Of a DNA stretch of 64,000 nucleotides, positions 25,101-41,205 are shown piece after piece. The notes below the pieces were generated by a model. The model was not told the DNA's origin. It made no database searches and saw only the letters and a list, made by a program, of their open reading frames with translations. The stretch spans positions 17,799 through 81,798 of the forward strand of contig CBFFRP010000283.1 in NCBI GenBank assembly GCA_965644295.1, read 5' to 3'. Origin of the DNA: Paraphysomonas bandaiensis (lineage: Eukaryota > Protista > Chrysophyceae). Position 1 is the stretch's first letter. Each line of letters begins with the position of its first letter. The position numbers and the translations under genes were made by a program.

Positions 25101-28100
25101 TTCATGAAGAATGTCCTTGGACGGCTGTCCTTACATTTTCTTGGATCTAAGAATCAGCCACATGATGAGGAAAAGAACTGTATTGCCGAAGAGAATTGGG
25201 AATTGAAGTACAACCGCCGTTTGATGAGAGACGTCCGTACGATATCTGGCGGTGTAATGGTGGTCATAGCGTCCGGAGTTGGAGGAGAAATTCTCTTTGA
25301 GGCAACGCCCACAGATTCACTGCTGTATGGAGAGGTTCGTTCAAATAGTGTGTACTATTTGCAATCATTTAATGTGTTTTGTTGGTAGGTGGGACCAAAG
25401 TTGTTTTCTGTATCTGAACTTGACGAAATCGTTCTCTCCGAAGGCTGGTCAACTGACTTGTTGGAGCCATCCAATCGCGTGAATTTGGCTCATCGTGTAC
25501 TTGAGAAAATGAAATGCGTCTTTGATAATGAGAGGTATCGACTGGAGTTCTATACTTTCCCAGAGACAAGATTGCTAGAAATAGTAGTACAAGGTACTGT
25601 GAACAAAAGCGAAAACTCTATTGGCAGCGTAGAAATCGACAGTCAATTGACATTGAATGATCTTCGTGTAGTACTGAATCACGAACTTGATCGTGATTTA
25701 CTTCCGAAGTTATACAGATTTATGTATAAAGGCGCCGTTTGTGCGCTGAAGCAAGAACCATTTCGCAAGGCATGGGATTGCTTGCCGAAGTGTTTTCTTC
25801 AATCCAAAACTGTTCGAGAAGTAACTAGAAGTAAGGACACGACTGATAAGGCTCAAGAAGCTATAGATAGAGCTGTTGCCAAAGCCAGGAAAGCTGAGGA
25901 AGAAGCACAGAAAAAGAGCAAAGCTGGAAAAAAACTTGTTCCAGTTCCCATACAGACTCTTTGCTTGGCTCAGGAAGGGGTTTGGCATATATTAACACGG
26001 CACGACATCACCGGTATTATTTTTCCTGGTGATGTATTGCGCATAGGCCACATTGAAAGTTCTGATTATATTGTTCCGATGACGTTTTCCCGCACACTTG
26101 AACTGGCTTCAGCGGGCGCGGAGCTACCTGATGGTACAATAAATGAAGCAGCTAAGCCTGTAAAGACTATTCCTATCGACAACTACTTCCTGACTTATGG
26201 GGAGTCAGATTTATTTATCACCGGTAATATTCCCTTTTCTGAAGTCCCGGTGCCCACCCCAAGGGATGAGGACATCCCCGAACCTGAGGTCTATTTTGAT
26301 GAAGAGGGAAATGCAGTGGTAGTCGAAGCCCCGAAGGTCGACCCGGAGACGCTTATTGATCCTGTGTTTCGGTACCCTGCGATTGAATCTGAGGAGTCCA
26401 AGGAGGAAGAAGACACTGTGCCGGATATGGTTGCGCCTTCGAAACAAGTTTCTAAGTCTTTAACCAGATCATTTTCTGATATGAATATGCGAAATGATGA
26501 AAAAGAAGTGATTGCTGCATCCCTTCGTAAGGAGAAGGACAAAGCAGAGGCCAAAGCTCGCAAGGAGAAGTCCACCAATAAACGTCCACCTGGAAAAATA
26601 TTTAAGGATTTGTGGCTGTGGAAGTGCATTCCGCGATCAGAAGACAACCGCCCAAGATGGCGCCAGCAATACGACAATGGAGAGATATCATATACGTACC
26701 TATACCGCGAGCGTCCTCCTGTACCAAACCCAACATATTTCCATGTAACTGTGTCATTGGCGTTGATGGAAGAGTATTGTAAGGATACTCGATGTCAGGA
26801 TATGTCGCCATATACTCAGCGAGTAAATCTTGTTCCCCAAATTGCTATCGACTTCTACACGGAGCAAATGTACGACCACCTTGTTACCATGGCACCTCCA
26901 AGTACAACGAAGGGCATCGACGAAGATAAGTTTATGGCGATTATGAAAACGTTGAACATATTTCCTGATATGCATAAACCCCAGCGACAGTCTCAACTAA
27001 GCCTTGCGTTCTTCCGCGAAGTGAACGGCAAGGAGGGTGATGAGACATACTTAAACTACTACGGTTTTTGCAATCTAATTCAAGAAATAGCTTTGATTCG
27101 TTTTCCGGCTGGTATGTTTGATCTGGATGGACCGGAGGCAAGTCACAACAATATATACGCAGCTCCTGGTGATGGTCCGCCAGTTCCTCCCGCAGTAGAT
27201 GCCTCGGATAATGCTAGTGTAGACAGTTCAGCTGCTGACAGTACTGCTAGTGGCAGTTTGAAACGCCCAGCTCTGACCAAACGAGCCCAAGTGAAAACCA
27301 AGAAGAAGACTGTGACGCAAAACAAGAAGAACAAGCTTCTTGCAATGGAAAACTCACTTCTCTCACAAGTGGATCCAGCTCATGCTGCAATAGCGTACAG
27401 AAAGTTTGTCACCGATTATTTTATTACTGTGAAGAAAATATCGGATGCTGTTTGGGAGCACGCCAAATCCTTGGCAATGGATATTGAAGCTGTAAAATAC
27501 GCTGCTGCCACTCGCATCATGACTGTTTGGCGAAGAGGATACCATCTTTCGAACTACAAGACGTTCAGGAAGGGTATGGTATTCTTGCAATCGTATATTC
27601 GGATGAGACAAGCGATTGTGCGAATTAGAAATCTACTTCGACTATACACCGAGGACTGGCTATTTCGACTAAGGTATCATGCTGCAATACTGGCACAGAG
27701 TTCAGTGAGGAGATATCTCTGCCGCTGCTGGTATATTAAGACAATGACGAAGATTAGAGATAGAGAAATAGTCGTGGCAAAAGCACGAAGGCAGCGACAG
27801 AGCAAATTGCGTAAGAGAGAGCGAAAAGGCATTGTGTTTAAACAAATTCGGCGTATCAATGGAATTATGGTTATGCTAATTCTACGACGTAAAGATCAGA
27901 GAAATTATAGCAATGATTATGGAATGAAACTTGAAGTCTACAATCCAGATTTTCAGGCCATCAGTGTTTTCATCATTGAGGAAGTTGATTTGCGAAAATA
28001 CATGCAGGAGATTTTACAAGTAGATGCTTTGAGCATCGGAGACCTTTTGAACAAAAATAATCTTGAAAAGGTCATTTCAGTTCGTCTACTGTGTCGACGG

Positions 28101-29717
28101 TCGAAGCGAGTAGGAGACGCTCCAAAGCTTATTCTTAGCAGACAAGCGCTCGGACAGAAGGGTCCTAAGATAATGACGAGGGGACGAAATATCAAAGGGG
28201 AGCTGTTCATGTGTTCATTGTACGAAACTGGGTACGACATTGTTGTACAGTGCTATCATCAGCGTACTAGCAAAATATTTCCATGTACTATCCTTCACTC
28301 TGCAATGACAGAATGGGTGACGAAGGAATATATTAAAACATGTAGTTCTGACATTGAGAAGCAGCTTCAGCCACCACTTCTACGGTCTGAAAATAGGAAT
28401 CAGTTACACCATTGGCTTATCAACAACATTGTTGTCGATAAGAGATATGGAAAATTTCAAGTAATGTTTGCTTTCCAATTGAGAAAGGGTGTTAAGATGG
28501 ATTCGATTATTAAGATACAGTCAGTATTCCGTATGTGCATACAACGCATGAAAATACCCAAAATAGTAGATTCATACAGCCTGAAGGTTAACTCAGATAG
28601 TTTTGAAAGCAGTCACCCTTATTATCTCAATATATATACTGGGGAGTCATCATGGTACAAGCCATCCCTATTGAAAGAGCACCAGGACCTCCCGACGCAA
28701 CCCATGTATAAGTGGGTCCAATTACCATACTCTGTTGACCCCCTCTATGTTAACCCGCTCACTGGAAAATACACACACTATACGACTGACGGCGCCGCTC
28801 GAATAATACAGTCATTAGTAAGGAACTGGTTGATGAAGCCTTTCCGTCTCCCGAAAGACAAGTTTATAAGAGCTGCGACATTTGAAAGAGAAGTACAAAG
28901 TTGTTACGAAAGAGAACCCCGTAGACTTGCTTTCATTCTTAACTATGCTCTTATTGCCTTCTGCGTCCGCCTAGATTATCGACTTGCGCGCCAGCTAATA
29001 TTAGAGGCACTTGATCTAGCTGACACGAATCCGCTCACCACGAGGCTCCATGCCGTATTCCTAATATCCACTTGCGAAGCTCCGCTTGCTGTGAATCGTG
29101 CCCACGCCGACAGCTTGTTGCAGGATGCAGCTAGGCGAGATCCTGAGGGCCTAAAGTTCAGAACAGCGCTGAATTTGTTCTTCAAATATGGTTGCTACAG
29201 ACAGCCTCGTAATGCGCGGACGTTACTGCACCTAGGTCTAGCAGAGTATTACGTGTATAAGAATATGGTCAATGCTGAAGTCTGTCTCCGTCGTGCTGTT
29301 TCCCTTGCACCTTTTGACTCTTGTGTTATGGAGAATTGGAAACGTCTTCGAGATGACTTTCCTGAGAAAAAGCTTGTTTATAGACCTAGAGGCCGCTTGG
29401 AAAAAATTAACGCAGAGGTGGGTGGGAAACGGACGACTATTCATGGGCGTCCAGTGGTGGAAAATCCCGAGTGGGCAGGATGGGTATTTGTTGAAACAGA
29501 CCCGATGTTCAAGGATAATGATGCTGAAGAATACTGGTACAACCCTGCTACGGGTGAGTCACAACCGTTTATACCAGAAAATTGGCACCGTCAATGGGAA
29601 CTCAGGGTCCTTCGAAGTGTGTTCGAGGGTGAAGTGAACGGCCTCGAGCATTACTTTGACCCAGCCACGTCCACATATTTTCATAGGCATGTGCTGACAG
29701 ACACTTACCAGTCGTAG
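22185..29717 (+). CDS. Very large (~2500 aa) uncharacterised protein with IQ-like motifs, WW-like motifs and TPR-like helices; intron ~25334-25388
   Basis: Two long ORFs are joined by a GT..AG intron. IQ-like: FLQSYIRMRQA, LAQSSVRRYLCR, KIQSVFRMCIQR, IIQSLVRNWL. WW-like: YYLNIYTGESSWYKP, YWYNPATGESQ. Confidence 0.7.
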
Positions 29718-29969
29718 GCGTTAGTAAAACCCAATGTACATGATGTTTTTTAGTGCAGCAATTGTGTTTGTGTTATGGTTTTAGGTTATTAATAAATATT
29801 TGGTGTCATTCTGCTCTAACTCTTCTATAATGCTATGATGCACCTTGGACTAAAATAGAGGATCTTATGGTCAATGATTATGTACAACTGGTTTTGAAAT
29901 TGTTGTACAATGACAATACGGGACACTAACCTAACCCGTTACAGCTATCAGACGTTAGGTTATTTTCAT

Positions 29970-31701
29970 CAGGGCTGCGTAACTATTAATTGCAATTTAA
30001 TTGCCAATTATTGTGTAAATAAATTAATTACTCATTACAAGCACGAATAGCATCTTCAACTGTACTTGCATTCCACTAAAGTCTACGCAAGCGCAAGAAC
30101 ATAAGGGCCTCCAATCAATAAGGTGCATATTCCGTTTTTAGGCTATTAACGGCCTTAATCCTAAATCATTGTACTGACGATGTATTGAAAGTTCTCCGGG
30201 GCTTCTGGGAAAATTAGTAGGGTAGTCGACTTGTTAGGATTTATTGATTTTTTGATTTCGCTTTTTGCTGACATTGCCCTGTTTCAATGGCTGATGTTAT
30301 CATTAATTATTAGTATATTATTATATATTATATAGTAGATTACTCATTTAGTGAATGCTGCATTGTTTACACAAAAGTTCTCATCGAAAAAATTGTGTTG
30401 CTGTGAGAGCTCACTGCTGGGGAGACTTTATGATTGTGATTCAGCGTGATAATGTATGATATGTATATATATAATTATTATCATATATTATATTATAATA
30501 TTGCACCGGTATGTAAGTATATACTTAGTTGACCTATGTTGCTATATCTGCTTCCCCCTGATATCTGTATAAATGCTGCTGTATGCGATTTTCAAAGTCA
30601 CTGAACTCAGTAAGAAACCATTGAAATACTAAACATATAAAAGTAAAAATGCTTGTAGCAGGGTCGCTGTAACAATTAATTGGCGCAGGTTGTAGTTATT
30701 ACTTGTTGCTGTCCCAATTAATTGATACTAAAATGTTTACTCAAGCCAAATAGCTATACATCAGCTGTCAACGTAGCTTGTTCAACTGTTATTTCAACTC
30801 TGTTGCGACTGTATATATATTGATTCGACCCTTTACCGTCCGGGTATGTGATGCTTTGTTGCCAGCTTGAATTTTTACGACTGCCTTCTCGAAGCAGCAT
30901 TGTTCACCTTTCTCCTGTAATTCTATTGACACATATTGAAGTCGTCCCGTAATTGCACCAGCTTGACATTCTCCATTTCACTTGAAATTAGACTCAACAT
31001 GGAAAAACCAAACCTGCATGATAGTAATTAAGTGGCCAGATATATAGCGGTCAATCATTACAAAAGTGGAGTCTCTCCTGCTGATATCCTTGACTACTGT
31101 TTATGAAAGTTCTTTCTTACGGAGCTTACTAGCATTCTTTAGAGTTCACAACTGCCGACACGAATCATCAAATAACTCTCGTTCAGACATCTGGCACACT
31201 ACGCTATAATCGCCCATACTATTATATTGATAAAAACAATTGGATTTTCACAACAAAAAGCTGTTTTATAACAACAACATATGCATGCAATAAGTGCAGT
31301 TATCATCATTATAAAAACAATTTCGATGTTAAAAATGATTATTCACTATCGTGAATGATTGAATTTTGATTCTGTATTGTTGTCTGACTTTCTGGTAGAC
31401 GTTGTCAATAAAGCTTTCTTCTAGAAGCCCGCCTAATTGTATAACCTATCTATCATTTGAACACATACATGCTAATGATCATATAGCAGGTTAATCTTGT
31501 AACTAGTAAGAAGGTATATATGTTAACCTTTTCGCTAGCTACATGCGTTTGTACCGTTTATGAGTATGTGTAATAACTCATAGAAAACCACTCCAACTAA
31601 ACCTGGCCAGTGCAGATTGACGGTATTTTCTATTTATTAACAATTAAATAAAGCAAGCTGTAGTAGTCAAGTATAATTGCAATTATGATTTACTGGCCCT
31701 C
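29970..31701 (-). mobile_element. Decayed hAT-like DNA transposon
   Basis: Imperfect TIRs: CAGGGCTGCGTAACTATTAATTGCAATT and the reverse complement of AATTGCAATTATGATTTACTGGCCCTC. Minus-strand remnants TLKNASKLR..RDSTFVMIDRYI (~31040-31150) and KRNMH..LEALMFLRL..WNASTVEDA (~30047-30140) resemble hAT transposase motifs. Confidence 0.6.
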
Positions 31702-31732
31702 AACAAAGTCGGACTCGTACCTTTTCGTGGTG

Positions 31733-31986
31733 TTCTGGGGGATAAGTACCGGAGAGATTTTCTCTGGGAAACTAACGTGAGCCGCAAACATAGACAGCAG
31801 ATATTGTTCTGCCCACTCATAGCCAAATGCTTGTGTGGTACAAGGGACACCAATAAGTGTCACTTGTGTAGACGTCCTTAGGCCTTAACGAATAAACCGA
31901 CATCCGGGGTATTGAGCTGCCTGCTGAAGTCAAGCATCCGGGATGTTCACCTTAAGAACTCAGAGCGGAAGTGGTCGCACCTTGGT
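31733..31986 (+). mobile_element. Second copy of the SINE-like repeat (tail truncated)
   Basis: Colinear with 243-488 and followed directly by GAGCGGAAGTGGTCGCACCTTGG, the start of the LINE tail motif. Confidence 0.7.
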
Positions 31987-32272
31987 AAGTTGTAGCTGCA
32001 GGAATGTATATTATGTAATACAGCTTAACCTTACATTGTGTTGCTTGCCTATGTGATGTTGATCCAAATCTAGGAATACAAGCTAAAATGTATATTTTTC
32101 ACTTTTTAAGTCGGGGAGCTAAGTTGCAGTTGCCTATAACAGGCATTGTGCAACACTTCTCCAGTATTCACTGCAACTACCAAACCAAATGAAAAAACTA
32201 TTAGACACTCGTGATGTCTCTTCTTCTATAACTAGGATGAATTAATGTAAATAGTACATCCAGCACTACAAA

Positions 32273-35117
<2,845 letters not shown>

Positions 35118-35246
35118 ACTCTCCTTGACTAAGAGAAGAAGAGCAATAGGTGGGGTTATACTGCCATGCAAGGGGAGGTATGGTTGTGCAGTGTTTACTG
35201 CAGGGTGTGTTTCTCACTCTTGCCACTTGACCATACCATCCCACCG

Positions 35247-35488
35247 TACATACATACATACATACATACATACATACATACATACATACATACATACATA
35301 CATACATACATACATACATACATACATACATACATACATACATACATACATACATACATACATACATACATACATACATACATACTACATACATACATAC
35401 ATACATACATACATACATACATACATACATACATACATACATACATACATACATACATACATACATACATACATACATACATACATAC
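35247..35488. repeat. (TACA)n microsatellite, ~60 units
   Basis: Directly visible, with one internal phase slip near 35385. Confidence 0.99.
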
Positions 35489-35572
35489 GTACGTAGTACA
35501 GCAGTGTACATATGCACTGTCTCATAAGATGTGGATATGTATTTTAAAGCGCTGAATATCACTTGAAGTTTA

Positions 35573-36206
35573 ATGGTAGAAAGCGTCATTCCTCCGGTTG
35601 CGTTTGCCACTGTCAGTAATGGGGTACACCGATCGAGTCATCCAAGTACTACTTCATACCCTTTTCTACAGACTTTACAACTAAAGACTGCAATGTATGA
35701 CTATTGCAATATATATGCTCTATTTGCTTATATAAATTACAGATGTGTTGATAAGTGTGATATTCGAAAAGAGTTTAGAGAGTTTTGTGTGAGAAATGAT
35801 ATAGTGTTGATAGAACGTGACGTCGGCTTCAATCAGGAGCCATTTATAGTTATGTCACAACCTGTTGTTCAGGATGTTATAAACGTCGCACTTGGTATAT
35901 CTGCGGCCTGCTATTCGTTTTTATTTGACTCTTTGTCATTGCAGATCCAAAGTACCAACCCTGCCTTATTTTTTGTGGGAATGGAAAGGTATTACTTCTG
36001 TTCCAGTTTTTATTTTATTTTATATTATGTTCTAGTTGAAGACAAGCACTGTCATTGGGTGTTTGAGAATGGCTTTAAACTGGAGTTTTACGTCGACAAT
36101 AGATGAGTTTGTTAGATATGCAGGGCCCGAGGGTGGCTTGCATGATATCCAGTTCATAGAAAACTTTCGACCATCTGAAGTTTGTAGACAGAGTGATTCG
36201 AGTTAG
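35573..36206 (+). CDS. Siw14/OCA-family atypical tyrosine phosphatase-like protein (3 introns)
   Basis: VIPPVAFATVSNGVHRSSHP..FLQTLQLKT; spliced QPCLIFCGNGKLKTSTVIGCLR..NWSFTSTIDEFVRYAG..DIQFIENF. Confidence 0.75.
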
Positions 36207-36839
36207 TATATAGTTGTCATTTTTCTTGTGTAAGTGGTACCTATGGTACTAAATAGTTGTATTAGTTTACAAGCTGTTGCTCTTATGAATTGGTCAATGT
36301 ACAATGTAGAACTAATTCTTGGTAGTAATATCCCTCCGAAAAGAGTATTGCACAGAAATGAAAATGTGTGTATATATATTATATATAATGCGAAGTACTA
36401 GGAAGTAGCAATGGTGTATGTCGCAACTATAGTGCTGTAACAGTAACAATGCTAACTACGTAAACCACGATCATGGTCCAACAAAACAACACCCAATGCT
36501 GCCACATTTCCTTGAGATTGAGCACTTGCAGATAATCGGATAATGCATTGCAGCAGCAATTAAATTCAAACAACACAAAATTTCGTACTCTTCTTTGAAT
36601 CGTTGTAACTTTATTTGAATAAAAATACAACATATGATGTATAGACGAGCAACATTTTAGTATCACTAACATCAATATCAGCGCGTCATCAACAGCGTAT
36701 TCGTCATTGAAACACCACGGGATGTCAATTATAGCGCCTTGGTTGGTGCTATTGCACAATTTCCTATATTCTATATATTGGATTGAGGTGAACACAAATG
36801 TATCGTATCTCAATACTAACGACGGGTATATACAGCACT

Positions 36840-39800
36840 CTACCAGCATTGTTTTGTAGATGGTACAGGTATTTCAACAATGCTATTCAATTTATTTTCT
36901 TCTTCCACTTTGTCACGAGAAAATATTGCTTGTACTGGTTCATGAGGCTCGGTAGTTTTGGAGCCCAGGCGCTTATACTCTCTGCTCGCCATTTTCAACA
37001 CTTTGGTCACTGTTCCGCCCTGCACGCCAGAACGAGATGATCTCTGTTCTTCCAGCATATCTTCCCGTGCTTTCGAGGCAGCCTTGACTTTCTGGCGTAC
37101 ATGCGTTCTATTTTCTCGATAATACTTTCCCATGTCATGAACAATCGACAAGAATTCGGAGAAATCTATCAAGCCACTGCTATTATTGTCAGCCTGCAAG
37201 ACAATACCCTTCAGATGAATGACGCACATGAATCACACTCACCTTCATAAACATATTCATAATATCACTTTCATTGGGAATAACCATTTCTACAATAGGT
37301 CTAAGTTCATTAAGCTATGTACACGTTTTAGACAACGGTAGAAACGGCACATGGTATTTCGTACCGATATGGTTCCATCCCCACCCTGGTCCACCATTTC
37401 AAAAATTTCAAGCATATTGTTTACTGATACACTGTCCATATCCAGTTCGTTCTGACGCTGGTACACTTTTCGCCACACTGACTGCTCCTCCTTGATGCCT
37501 TCCCGCAATAAGTCCATGGATGCAATTATAATACCGAGAAATAGTTGTACGAGAACGAAAACACCAAATATTATGAATATAAGGAAGTACCAGGCTGCTA
37601 TCCAACCCAGGCCTCTCGGATCTTTACATAATGAATCATACTCAGGTTTTCCGAGGTCATACCCATACAAATCGCAGCCTGAGGAGAGAATAAGCAACAG
37701 AATTGTAGAATCGAAATATCCACACTAACCGTACATATTTGTCCGCGCCACATCGCTCCAATTCGCAAGCGTACACACCTAAAACACGTAAGCAACGTAG
37801 TTGTCATACAGTATGTCTCATACATACTTGAAACAGTGTTATAAACGACCGTCTGAGAGAACCAAAATGGTAGAAGTCGTTATTCTGAAAAAGAAACACC
37901 CCAGCAACGGCGAAGTTGTAGAAAAATATGCACATGAGAACCACCACATAGAAGAGTGCCTGAGCAGAACTCGATATAGCTCGTAGAATTATAGTTAAAT
38001 TTTCGACCCACGTAATCAGTCGAAGTACTCGTAAAATGCGCAGCACCCGGAGCAATGCTGTCGTGTAATATCATGTAATAGTTAAATCATTTAATAAGAC
38101 TCGACGAAGCAAATCTTACCGAAAGTTGAAGCGAAGGTCGTACCACGAGTAAACAGCGGAATGCATGTGAGTGGCACCAACACAAAGTCGAATACGTTCC
38201 ACCTGTTTATGAAAAACGAAGAAACATCTGGGAACTCTGCAACAACTCGACAGTACAGGTCGAGCACGAAATACACTTGCAAAAAGATCTGAACCATATC
38301 AATCATCGAGTTCTCCGCTTTCATTTGAAGCGATATCATTTCCAACAATGCAGCGATTACAATAACGACCGCAAAAACAGCACCGTATATCTGGTGTCCC
38401 GTTATGTATCTCATCATAATGCTCTGTCGCCGTATGTCAGTAGCACTGTGGAAGACCTTCAACAACGTCGAATTGACAACAATCAATTCGGAATCGCAGC
38501 TAGTACTAACAGACTCTGAAATCTTCTCAGGATGTACACGCTGTTCAAGTGGTTTGATTATATTACTGTCGTTGTTATCATCCCAAACCTAAAAACAAAC
38601 ATCAGAAAGCCAATGATGAGATGATGTGGGTACACCTGAGCAAGAAGCATGATTACAAACTCAGGATCGAACTTCTGTACGAATAATTCCTTGTCATTCT
38701 TTACTGTCTCACCCTCCACAGCTAAGATCCTTTGTTGGCCCCCTACGTCTAAAGACTCTATCCTCTCATTTATACCAGCCGTCACCACAGCAACAGTTAG
38801 TGCCACAAGAATGAATCCACATATTAGTATAAAGGATATGAATAAGACTGCGGCAAGTGCTGGACGGGCCTCCGAGTGTCGACAAACAGGTAAAACCATC
38901 TCGCCGTACCTTTCAAAGGAGTAGTTGTCCTCAATGCCTTCATATGGGGAGCCGGTCAAGTCATTTTCCTGGTAGTAGTAGAAGGGGCTCTCTTCACACC
39001 CATACATATTAATGTACATAACCTTTTCCCAGTTCTACAGTCAGAACATTAATGTGGAGATCATTGGATACAAAACTTGGTACTTACATCAAGAGTGCAC
39101 ATTTCAAATAGGCTCCACACACTCAACGACATCGTGCCAAAGTGAAATGGGTCATTGTGGCCGAAAAAATGAAGGCACCATGCACCATAAACCGCAAACA
39201 CAAGAAACATTAATATCCATGTGGAGAACAAGGAGTGTAAACCTAAGCTGATTCCACTCTATAAACGAATGTATTAGATAAAACACAAATATATGCAGGG
39301 TATATATACCATCAACACATCCAGATGAGGAGCTTGCTTCACAAACGTTACGGAAATAAGAATAATCCGAAGCAAGCGACTCCATGCGCCAACTTTCGAG
39401 TCTCCGAAAGCAAAACTGAAGGATGCAATACCCATTTGAACAACACCTGAATTCGATAAAATGTCGAGAGTTTTTAGCTTGTCACCTATATCCCTTCGAA
39501 TCATAACTTTAGAAAATATCGAACACAATTTCATCAGTCCTTCGAAAAGAAAGAATATATCAATAGTTTGATCGATTACTGTTATCACCTCACGCTCTTT
39601 GTCTGATGCAGTTCCAGAAGCTGACAGTGATAGCGTGACAAATGCCACTGCAAAAGCAGACACCCTTAACGCCACCATAGCATGTGACTCGAGCAGTAAA
39701 TCAGCGTCAGACGACACGACCATCGCCGAAGACACTTTAGACGAATGAAAACTGTGTTGCTCTAACCCAGCGCTAGACGAATTTGATTTAACTGATATTT

Positions 39801-39972
39801 GATTCTGAGGCTCGAGTTGTTCTCCGTCAACTGTTTGGGGTGACTTCGGGTCTTTGAGCATCGAGTGTACCGCTTGAAAGTATTTCTTTTCACTATTCTG
39901 CAGTTTCTTGCGTTCATTTGCTGCCTTCGTGATTAGTTCTGAGAAGTTTGGTCGATGTTGTACAATAGGCAT
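36840..39972 (-). CDS. Two-repeat (2x6TM) voltage-gated cation channel with C-terminal EF-hand pair (multi-exon; 3' end uncertain)
   Basis: Repeat I pore NDPFHFG..LFEMCTLD/NW; repeat II S4 LRVLRILRVLRLI and pore NDFYHFG..LFQ/VCTLANW; EF-hands DQGGDGTIS and DNNSSGLIDFSEF. Confidence 0.8.
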
Positions 39973-40479
39973 TGTCAGTAATTACACAACAGAAAATTTT
40001 AATGATAATTCGAGCAGTGAGCTCGCATGCTAATAGAGTAACACATAAAGTGCAACATCGACATCAACATGTAGATAAGAGGATCCACTTTTCCATTGCA
40101 AAGATATATGAATGTATATATTCGATATAGTATATAGTGGTCATCTATAGTAGTTGTTTGAGGACGACATGTGTCCTTTAAGTTCATAACTGATACACGA
40201 TAGCATGATATGGAATGAAACAAACTCACTCCACTGATCCTCCCTGCTGCTACACTCCTGGCAGATAAGTACGTACAAAATCCCCATAAACGGGTTACAC
40301 TCGCCCCTTAGTAGCCCGCTCCGCATGAACTTGAACCAGATACAGTATATATATTCCTCCCATGCCAATCATAGCCATATGAGCCTCTTCTACTATCTAC
40401 TATACAATCATTATATTGCTGGTATATACATCTTACACTGGGTTAATATTTTGAGTGGCGGAAACCAAGGAAGAAAGTA

Positions 40480-41205
40480 ATGAGCGTATACGACGCATAT
40501 ATATCAGAAATTACTTCATTGTGTGATAGCATAAGGACCAATATCGATGAATTCAAGCACAGAGAATCAGGCACAGGTTAAAGTCCATTGTGAATCCATT
40601 CAATTTATAATTAATGCTATACTTGTATATTAGAATCATGTGAAACCCGTATCGATGCGCTCTTCTCTCAGGCGAGCAATCTTGTACGTGAATTAGAGGT
40701 GGAAATCAGAAGTATGGACGCTGCCACGAGGAAAACGGCGTCCGATGCTATAGGGAAGCACAAATCAGATATGTTAGCTCTACGAAGTGAATTTGAGAGT
40801 GCTCGGACATCGAAACAGCGTTCAAATTTAATTGGAACTAAAAGTAGTGCCGAGCAGAACAGATACCTAAGCACGAATGAGAGGTCAGTATATTAGTGTC
40901 GTAAGTTAATTTCTATGAAGCTTGACGTAACTGGACATCAGGTTGAATAAACAAAGTCAGGCCATAGCCAATATTACTCAAACTGTTGCTGAGACCGAAG
41001 AGGTGGGGCTGAATATAACGCAGCAGCTTGGGAGCAACAGAGAGAAGATAGGAATGGTTCATGGCAAGGTATTAACAATATTGCTTGCTGCCTATATCAA
41101 TTCAAACCATGTGTCTTCTAGGTAAACGAACTGGATGGAGACTTGGATAGAGCAGACACCATAGCAAATGGAATGCTAAAGAGAGAAAAGTGTTCTATCA
41201 TGTGA
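40480..41205 (+). CDS. VTI1: Vti1-like Qb-SNARE ending in a CaaX box (4 exons)
   Basis: Habc-like N-terminus (MSVYDAY..LEVEIRSM) and SNARE motif AETEEVGLNITQQLGSNREKI..VNELDGDLDRADTIANGMLKREKCSIM*. Confidence 0.75.

Noticed and set aside
36427-36849. 140-aa ORF as an extra last exon of the channel
   Set aside because: No convincing in-frame splice could be built, and the composition looks like UTR.
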